A stretch of 12,358 nucleotides of DNA, taken from assembly GCF_028712165.1 (NCBI RefSeq), contig NZ_JAQTQR010000077.1, positions 1 to 12,358 of the forward strand, in the 5' to 3' direction. The notes beneath the pieces were generated by a model, which had not been told where the DNA came from, searched no databases, and saw only the letters and a program-made list of their open reading frames with translations. This document shows, piece by piece, positions 1 through 5,470 of the stretch. Origin of the DNA: Sulfuricurvum sp. Lineage in GTDB: Bacteria > Campylobacterota > Campylobacteria > Campylobacterales > Sulfurimonadaceae. How positions within the stretch are numbered: position 1 is the stretch's first letter; each line of letters begins with the position of its first letter. The position numbers and the translations under genes were made by a program.

Positions 1-670
1 CACTGTCCAAAACGGTAGGCGTTCCCATCACTTCTATCTCTTTGGCTAGTCCTATCTGAACGTTTATGATATCCATCAAATGTTTATCTTCATCGGCATT
101 CAATACAAGCTTTTTATACTCTTGGGAGCCATTTGCGATAGCTAAGAGTCGCTCAGCCATATCCTCTTGATCCGCTCCTTTGAGAACCCATTTGCTCATC
201 GGTATTGCGTCTTGATGAAATGACAACGGGAAGAGGTAGATTTTAAAAGTGTACTTTTCTTTGAGTGTCGGCATGATTTTCTCGAATTGCTTACAGTAAG
301 GGCATTGCGGATCGACAAAAACATAGAGGACTTCACTGCCGGTTCCGTAACTGAATGCTTCTTTCCCTGCAATAACATTTTTATCTATCGGAAAGCTCAC
401 TCTTTGTTTTGTATCGGTACGAATAGCATTGCCTGTTATCAGAATTTTTTTGTCTTTAGTGATAAAAAAATCAAACGGTCTTTTCTCTTGACCATCAACG
501 ACACGTGTCGGCAGCCCTTTAATGAGATATACGCTTCCTTCATCTTGAACTTTTAGAATCTGTATTTGACTCTCTTTGATGATATTTAAAGCACTTAATT
601 CTGAGAGTATCGGATCATCCGCCATTACAACTGAGGCTATCGAAAACAGTGCTGTTGCTATCTTTTTCAT
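1..670 (-). CDS. Thiol:disulfide interchange protein, DsbC/DsbG-like (C-terminus runs off the window start; partial)
   Basis: Minus-strand ORF starts at ATG 668-670 behind SD AAGGGA (5-nt spacer) and stays open to position 1. The translation begins MKKIATALFSIASVVMA (signal peptide) and contains VFVDPQCPYCKQFE, a thioredoxin-fold CPYC active site typical of DsbC/DsbG/DsbA-family oxidoreductases. It is absent from the supplied ORF track only because it has no in-window stop. Confidence 0.75.
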   Translation of the reverse strand, partial: MKKIATALFSIASVVMADDPILSELSALNIIKESQIQILKVQDEGSVYLIKGLPTRVVDGQEKRPFDFFITKDKKILITGNAIRTDTKQRVSFPIDKNVIAGKEAFSYGTGSEVLYVFVDPQCPYCKQFEKIMPTLKEKYTFKIYLFPLSFHQDAIPMSKWVLKGADQEDMAERLLAIANGSQEYKKLVLNADEDKHLMDIINVQIGLAKEIEVMGTPTVLDS

Positions 671-727
671 TTTAATCCCTTTTCATAACTATTTAAACAA
701 ATACATTTGAATGAAGAATTTATCTTC

Positions 728-1324
728 TTAATTTAGGTCGCCGTCTTTCCAATACTTTGTCCCCTGAATCGTTGCCTGAAGTGCCAGACCGTTTTGGGTC
801 AATTTATAGAGACGAATGCCCGGTGCAACCGTTATAGCCGCTCCGTATGCATCACCTTTGTCTGCCAGCTTTGCAGCGGCATCGGCTTGTGCATTGGCTT
901 CCCATCCTTTATTGACGAACTGATCAAACACCTCTTTGTCTTTAAAGAGGAATACTGCCCGAAAATCTTTTATACCGAGTCCGAATCCTGCTCCTCCGGA
1001 GGCCATATTCATGTAGATATTTTTTCCAGAACCATTGACATGAGCCATTCCGGTACCCCCCTCTGCGGAGAGGAGAATCAGGTTTACACCGACATTGCTA
1101 AAAGTCGCATAGCCGTAGGAATTGGCAATCATCTCCTTGGCTTCAGGTGCATGTTTATAGAGCAGTTGAAGCGTTTCATCGCTCGATTGGAGACGATTTG
1201 CACGTTGTTCTTCAATCGTTTTGCCGCTCCAGAAACCCGAAAACATAATTACGGCTGCAATGGCCGCTATCGTCATCCATATTGATCGGCTTACTGACAC
1301 CGATTTACATTGTAATTGGTTCAA
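728..1324 (-). CDS. Secreted SYLF/DUF500 (Ysc84-like) domain protein
   Basis: 198-aa ORF. Position 1322-1324 is a TTG start preceded by a strong SD (AAGGAG, 6-nt spacer). The N-terminal hydrophobic segment TIAAIAAVIMFSGF is a likely signal or anchor. The body (GTGMAHVNGSGKNIYMNMASGGAGFGLGIKDF...WEANAQADAAAKLADKG...GLALQATIQGT) matches the Gly-rich pattern of SYLF/DUF500 domains. Confidence 0.55.
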   Translation of the reverse strand: MNQLQCKSVSVSRSIWMTIAAIAAVIMFSGFWSGKTIEEQRANRLQSSDETLQLLYKHAPEAKEMIANSYGYATFSNVGVNLILLSAEGGTGMAHVNGSGKNIYMNMASGGAGFGLGIKDFRAVFLFKDKEVFDQFVNKGWEANAQADAAAKLADKGDAYGAAITVAPGIRLYKLTQNGLALQATIQGTKYWKDGDLN

Positions 1325-1449
1325 AAATACTCCTTGTTTGATTTCATGCAGATGATACTATTCCTCTTCTTATTTAAATGGCATTGATTATTATTGAACA
1401 ATAATTTAATAAGCGAGGAATAAGTTTGGATAAGAAGAGCAGATTGCTC

Positions 1450-1662
1450 TTATATACGTTCGCTTCCTTTTTGTGTTAGGACCAGCGTAACGCCATCTTC
1501 TTTTATTTCGATGATGCCGTCATGTTTCAGTTCATCCATTGCGATTTGAAAAGGACGGTCTTGTTTTGAATCAAGTTTTTTTAAAATAGCGCTGATGACG
1601 TCTTGTTTGGTCATGATATGACCAGCGGCGGCATGGCTTGATTTGAACCAGTTCATGAACAT
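1450..1662 (-). CDS. Small hypothetical protein (70 aa), possibly N-terminally longer
   Basis: ORF with ATG at 1660-1662 and no convincing SD upstream. The same frame stays open for 47 more codons upstream (to 1803), encoding a Lys/Pro-rich basic stretch. No family was recognised. Confidence 0.35.
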   Translation of the reverse strand: MFMNWFKSSHAAAGHIMTKQDVISAILKKLDSKQDRPFQIAMDELKHDGIIEIKEDGVTLVLTQKGSERI

Positions 1663-1855
1663 TGCTTTGATCTCATTTTTTTGAGTGGTTTCTACACTCT
1701 CTTTTTTAGGAGGCGCTTTGCGTTGAAAATTAGGAGAAGGTTTGGAATATTCTCGTTTAGGAGCTGTTTTTCGGTTGGTTGCAGGCGGTTTAATGGGATA
1801 TCCTTATGATTGAACGTATAAGTGTATTGTAGTGATTTTTGCTTAATGGCGTATC

Positions 1856-2389
1856 TTATAACAGTGCTTTTATATCCTCTTCGATTTCTTCAGGGGTCGT
1901 CGCCGGAGCATAGCGAGTGATTACTTTTCCATGACGGTCAACGAGGAATTTGGTAAAGTTCCATTTGATCGCTTCGCTTCCTAAAATCCCGGGAGCCTGT
2001 TGTTTGAGATAGCGATAGAGGGGATGGGTATTGTCTCCGTTAACGTCGATTTTGGCAAACATCGGAAACGTCACACCATAATCGATTCGGCAAAAATTTT
2101 CGATCTCCGGTTCGCTGAGGGGTTCTTGAGATGCAAATTGGTTGCAAGGGAAACCCAGTACGACCAGTCCAATGTCTTTGTAGGTACGATACAGTTTTTC
2201 CAGGCCGGCAAATTGGGGTGTAAATCCGCATTTGCTGGCTGTATTGACGATGAGCATCACTTTGCCGCGATACGGCTCTAATGTGCTTTTTTCCTTATGA
2301 ATGGTTAGAACTTCGAAATCATAGATACTTTTTTCAGCTGTTGACATAAGAGTACTCCATAAAGCGATTAGAATCAGTAAAACTTTCAT
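1856..2389 (-). CDS. Glutathione peroxidase (Cys-type, BtuE/Gpx family)
   Basis: 177 aa with LIVNTASKCGFTPQ (peroxidatic Cys, not Sec), LGFPCNQF and WNFTKFLV, which are canonical Gpx motifs. Start ATG 2387-2389 overlaps the encapsulin stop (ATGA), giving an N-terminal signal-peptide-like segment MKVLLILIALWSTLMSTA. An alternative ATG at 2345-2347 (Met15) with SD GGAG (7-nt spacer) would give a cytoplasmic BtuE-length protein. Confidence 0.9.
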   Translation of the reverse strand: MKVLLILIALWSTLMSTAEKSIYDFEVLTIHKEKSTLEPYRGKVMLIVNTASKCGFTPQFAGLEKLYRTYKDIGLVVLGFPCNQFASQEPLSEPEIENFCRIDYGVTFPMFAKIDVNGDNTHPLYRYLKQQAPGILGSEAIKWNFTKFLVDRHGKVITRYAPATTPEEIEEDIKALL

Positions 2390-3183
2390 AGTGTGATCAG
2401 AACTGCCGCTTCCGGATTGATAATACGGAAGGTACAGCTTTCGGTTAAAAACAGAGAGTAGCTGTCGTCTTTTTCTCCGGTATATCCGATACTGACATCC
2501 AGTCCGTTATAAAGGACAAAATCTCCTCCCCGCTGGGATAGAGCTAGAATCTTGTCGTCTCCGATCGATTCGCAAACGACAAAGAAGTTTGCTCCAATCA
2601 GTGTTTCCAGACGGCTTTTGACACTGACGCCCCCTTCGCTCTCTGCCACCATCTTAATCAGTGTCGCGGTAGAGAGGACAAGTTTATAAGGACCTTCTAC
2701 AAATTCGGCACCGAATGCCGCAATCATAGCTGCAACCGCATCGATCAGTCCTTTTGTATTTTTGGCATGTATCGGTTTACGAGGGATTCTTTTCAAAATT
2801 CCTTCGATCTCCACTTCTTTCAATCCATCCAGGATGAGAGAATTTTCGACGGAACTAAAATGGTTAGAAACTTTTTTAAAGATCGAATCGTCAAAATCGG
2901 GCTTATCGCGTTTAAATGCTTCGACGATCGATTTAGGCAAGTCAAAATCGTATCGCATTTCAACCATTCTGAGCGGCTCCCTTGCCGATAATGTCAGATT
3001 TTCGGCGGAGGAGAGTGTTTTCAGGTTACCTGTGGGTATTGCATCGGTTTCAAAAGGTACGGGGGTAAATCCGACCAAAGAGCGAAGCTTGAGGCGTTGG
3101 CTCAAGAGCGGGGTAAAAACTGCGTCAATCTGTGTCCATACTGCCGGTGCGATAGGAGAGGTCTCTCGGTTTAAAAATTTCAT
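2386..3183 (-). CDS. Encapsulin nanocompartment shell protein (Family 1, HK97-fold, Linocin_M18-like)
   Basis: 265 aa. The N-terminus MKFLNRETSPIAPAVWTQID and C-terminus GGDFVLYNGLDVSIGYTGEKDDSYSLFLTESCTFRIINPEAAVLITL align closely, from memory, with Thermotoga maritima encapsulin (MEFLKRSFAPLTEKQW... [47 protein letters not shown]). Length and gene context (cargo gene immediately upstream) are canonical. SD AAGGAG sits 6 nt before the ATG. Confidence 0.92.
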   Translation of the reverse strand: MKFLNRETSPIAPAVWTQIDAVFTPLLSQRLKLRSLVGFTPVPFETDAIPTGNLKTLSSAENLTLSAREPLRMVEMRYDFDLPKSIVEAFKRDKPDFDDSIFKKVSNHFSSVENSLILDGLKEVEIEGILKRIPRKPIHAKNTKGLIDAVAAMIAAFGAEFVEGPYKLVLSTATLIKMVAESEGGVSVKSRLETLIGANFFVVCESIGDDKILALSQRGGDFVLYNGLDVSIGYTGEKDDSYSLFLTESCTFRIINPEAAVLITL

Positions 3184-3193
3184 TGTCGGCTCC

Positions 3194-3568
3194 TTAGCTA
3201 TTGCTTCCGATTTTTAATGTCCCTGAGGATGGTGTAGCAGGGGGTGTATCGGTTTGAGTTGTTTGATCCGCTACTGCGGACTCCTGTACTACGATATCAC
3301 CGCTCGAGAAGAGAAACTTTTGCATCATCGCATCCCACACCGGAGAATTGCGTCTAAGCCACTCCAGCCCCATGCATGCGTGTTCTATCTCTTCGTCACG
3401 GTTATGTTCCATGATTGCTTTTGCAGCAGGATCCGTTGCTGCTTCGGCACGCTGGTTATACCAATCTATTGCTTCGAGCTCTTCCATCGTGCTCTCTATA
3501 ATACGATGATAATCTTTTGTACTTTCCGAAAGTAAATTTGGATCTTCGTGAAAACCTTGGTCTGCCAT
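3194..3568 (-). CDS. Encapsulated ferritin-like protein (EncFtn) cargo with C-terminal cargo-loading peptide
   Basis: 124 aa. The core MEELEAIDWYNQRAEAATDP...HNRDEEIEHACMGLEWLRRN matches the EncFtn ferroxidase-centre pattern (Glu, Glu, His ligands). A flexible Thr/Pro/Ser linker follows, then SSGTLKIGSNS at the C-terminus, matching the Family-1 encapsulin targeting consensus (GSLKIGSL-like). SD AAAGGAG sits 5 nt before the ATG. Confidence 0.9.
   Translation of the reverse strand: MADQGFHEDPNLLSESTKDYHRIIESTMEELEAIDWYNQRAEAATDPAAKAIMEHNRDEEIEHACMGLEWLRRNSPVWDAMMQKFLFSSGDIVVQESAVADQTTQTDTPPATPSSGTLKIGSNS
3197..3229 (-). other. Cargo-loading (targeting) peptide coding segment at the EncFtn C-terminus
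   Basis: The last about 11 codons encode SSGTLKIGSNS. The GxLKIG core is the conserved motif that docks cargo to the encapsulin shell interior. Confidence 0.8.
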
Positions 3569-3810
3569 TGTCGCTCCTTTTGGTTTAATCCTTAGGCTTC
3601 AATGGTACAGCTCTAAAATAACTTAAGTCAATAGACTTAGAGAAGATATGTTTTTATTTATTTTTTTTTAAGAAAGTGATTCTTATAGATGAAAATTTAG
3701 AAATTGAAGTAAAAAGTTTAGGGTATATTTGTATAGATGTCTTATACTTTTTTTTAGATAAACTAGTTATATTTTTAATAGATTTGAAATGGTGAGAGAA
3801 AAGGAATGCG

Positions 3811-4227
3811 ATGAAAGAGCTGAATTTAACTGATTTGATGCTCACATTCGGACAAGATATCAAAATGGCTCTGTATACGCTGGAGAGATATAACGTTGAG
3901 GCCAATTTAGCTTTGATCGCCTGTGATGATTACGATGTTGATAAAACCCATCTCATAGAGAGTGTACGACAAAGCGATATCGCAAAAAAAATCAATGGTC
4001 ATTATATTGCGGTACTCTTTACATTTGTGGACCATGCTAACGCTCGGACGGCTTTGGAAAAATTGATTTTCAGCTATCACCAATATCAGCTCAAAGGGAG
4101 TTTGGTAATGTTAAAAAAAGGGGAAACTGTTGAATCCGTTTGTGAGCGATTGTTGCAAGCTAATAACGTGGTTCATCGAGATCCTGATAATCAAATTCTT
4201 GATGAGTTTGATCACCCTGTTGTCTAA
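3811..4227 (+). CDS. Hypothetical 138-aa cytoplasmic protein, possible degenerate GGDEF-like fold
   Basis: ATG at 3811 with SD AAGGA (about 5-nt spacer), divergent from encFtn. By eye, LALIACDDYD, INGHYIAVLFTFVDHANARTALEKL and ETVESVCERLLQANNV are collinear with the DxD, GGDEF-strand and C-terminal helix segments of GGDEF domains. The GGDEF motif itself is absent. Confidence 0.4.
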   Translation: MKELNLTDLMLTFGQDIKMALYTLERYNVEANLALIACDDYDVDKTHLIESVRQSDIAKKINGHYIAVLFTFVDHANARTALEKLIFSYHQYQLKGSLVMLKKGETVESVCERLLQANNVVHRDPDNQILDEFDHPVV

Positions 4228-4242
4228 AAGAGAATAATCCAA

Positions 4243-4884
4243 TCAACTGCCAATTGAAAAGTTTATTTTTCCTACATCAATCTCTTTTTTTGTCACCATG
4301 TCAAAAATGCCTTCAATATCTTTCGGATTTATATGATTATATTCTCCAATAAATCCCTTGGAAACAGTTGTCTCTGCAAAAAAGTATTTTTTACCATTCG
4401 CTATCACATATGAAGCCGGTTTTTTCACTTTTGTTTCATCAGGTATGTGAACAGCAATAAATCCATGTTCTTTGGTTGTGATCAGGAGACATTCATAATG
4501 ATTTTGCAAAAGCAAGGTTGCCAATAAAAAAGATTTTTCGTCACAATCACCTCCGTTTTGATTGATCACATCGGATGGATTTCGGTCAACTGAACTCTCC
4601 TTGTAGGGAATGCTAAGTACATATTGATACATATGGTCAATCTCACAATAGCTATCACCGCTGCAGTTTTGTGTCAGCATATCCACTATAGGTTTCATTT
4701 CATTATGTTCATAGACATCGTATTTATAAAATCGGTTATGGATTTTGACCATTCCCTTTCTTTCGCAATACTGCTCATCCGTTTCAGGAGGTACGTTTGC
4801 CCGCAGGTACAGTGAATATGCAACAATTCCTGCTATTCCATAGAGTCCAATACGATATAAAAGACGTTTAACAGAAATGCTCAT
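4243..4884 (-). CDS. Membrane-anchored protein with transglutaminase-like / papain-fold cysteine peptidase signature (tentative)
   Basis: 213 aa. The N-terminal TM helix is LLYRIGLYGIAGIVAYSLYL. The segment NGGDCDEKSFLLATLLLQNHYECLLITTKEHGFIAVHIPDE resembles the G-x-C...H-x-W/F-x-E/D core of transglutaminase-like domains, with about 35 residues between Cys and His. A third catalytic acid was not confidently placed. Confidence 0.4.
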   Translation of the reverse strand: MSISVKRLLYRIGLYGIAGIVAYSLYLRANVPPETDEQYCERKGMVKIHNRFYKYDVYEHNEMKPIVDMLTQNCSGDSYCEIDHMYQYVLSIPYKESSVDRNPSDVINQNGGDCDEKSFLLATLLLQNHYECLLITTKEHGFIAVHIPDETKVKKPASYVIANGKKYFFAETTVSKGFIGEYNHINPKDIEGIFDMVTKKEIDVGKINFSIGS

Positions 4885-5036
4885 AATGGATACCTTGCTT
4901 TTATAAGATGATATACGTACTATCGTTTAAATATTATATTTTATATAACTTATCCAGATGTTAAATGGGAGATAGTAAGTTGATTATACTTTAATAAATA
5001 TAGATTGCTTGTCAGCTGATGAGGAAACAGTTTCGA

Positions 5037-5045
5037 TGCTATAAT
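5037..5045 (+). promoter_or_regulatory. Extended -10 promoter element TGCTATAAT for the 5073 gene
   Basis: TGnTATAAT sits about 27 nt upstream of ATG 5073. A weak -35-like TGATGA lies 17 nt upstream. Extended -10 elements are typical where -35 conservation is poor. Confidence 0.4.
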
Positions 5046-5072
5046 GCACTAAATGTAGGCGGGGAGTAAGCT

Positions 5073-5453
5073 ATGAGCACAATTATCATGCTGTTTATAT
5101 TACCGTTGGGAATAGCGGTCTATTTCTGGGATCGCCGTAATTATGCTCAGAACCTCGGGGTATTTCGGGATTATATTTCGCAAATCACTCATGCGGATTT
5201 GCCGGATACCGAAAAGATGGAAAGAATCGACGAGATGTTTTACCAAAACGGTTATACGCGTATTGAGCGAACTGCGACACGACTCATTATAGAGAAAAAA
5301 CATTTTAATATCGGGGTACTTTTTATCTCGCTGGGAGCGTTGACTTATTTCGGTCTGTTTATTTATTTGATTTATTACCGTTTTTTTCAAAAACCTCGGC
5401 GGCTGAGTGTTGATTTGAGAGAAGAAATTATGATGAGAGAGATAGGAAAATAG
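5073..5453 (+). CDS. Small two-TM membrane protein (126 aa), function unknown
   Basis: SD GGGGAG (6-nt spacer) before the ATG. Hydrophobic helices are at the N-terminus (IIMLFILPLGIAVYFW) and C-terminus (IGVLFISLGALTYFGLFIYLIYY). Confidence 0.5.
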   Translation: MSTIIMLFILPLGIAVYFWDRRNYAQNLGVFRDYISQITHADLPDTEKMERIDEMFYQNGYTRIERTATRLIIEKKHFNIGVLFISLGALTYFGLFIYLIYYRFFQKPRRLSVDLREEIMMREIGK

Positions 5454-5470
5454 TCTACATTCCTTTTTTT
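5444..5470 (+). terminator. Putative rho-independent terminator (weak stem plus T7 run)
   Basis: AGGAA (5444-5448) pairs with TTCCT (5460-5464) around an 11-nt loop, followed by TTTTTTT (5464-5470). The stem overlaps the last codons and stop of the 5073-5453 gene. It is short and AT-rich, hence the low confidence. Confidence 0.3.

Noticed and set aside
287-556. Plus-strand 89-aa ORF (and the 196-378 minus ORF) inside the DsbC-like gene region
   Set aside because: It is antisense to, or out of frame with, a well-supported CPYC thioredoxin-fold gene that has a signal peptide and an SD. It has no SD of its own and a low-complexity, stop-poor composition typical of shadow ORFs.
794-1285. 163-aa plus-strand ORF antisense to the SYLF gene; likewise 2000-2281(+), 2040-2231(-), 2762-3217(+), 2767-2991(+), 3254-3535(+), 4624-4815(+), 5100-5390(-), 5572-7329(+) series and 7857-8300(-)
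   Set aside because: All lie within, and antisense to or out of frame with, genes that have strong homology-supported reading frames (SYLF, Gpx, encapsulin, EncFtn, Amt-GGDEF, rhodanese-YceI). None has a recognisable motif or RBS.
1425-1447. Hairpin AAGAGC-N5-GCTCTT downstream of the 70-aa gene as a terminator
   Set aside because: It has a 6-bp stem but no following U-run on the relevant (minus) strand, so it is not a convincing intrinsic terminator.
3654-3905. 83-aa minus ORF in the AT-rich encFtn/3811 divergent intergenic region
   Set aside because: It is a low-complexity Lys/Ser/Ile-rich translation of AT-rich promoter DNA. It overlaps the SD and start of the better-supported 3811 gene and has no RBS.
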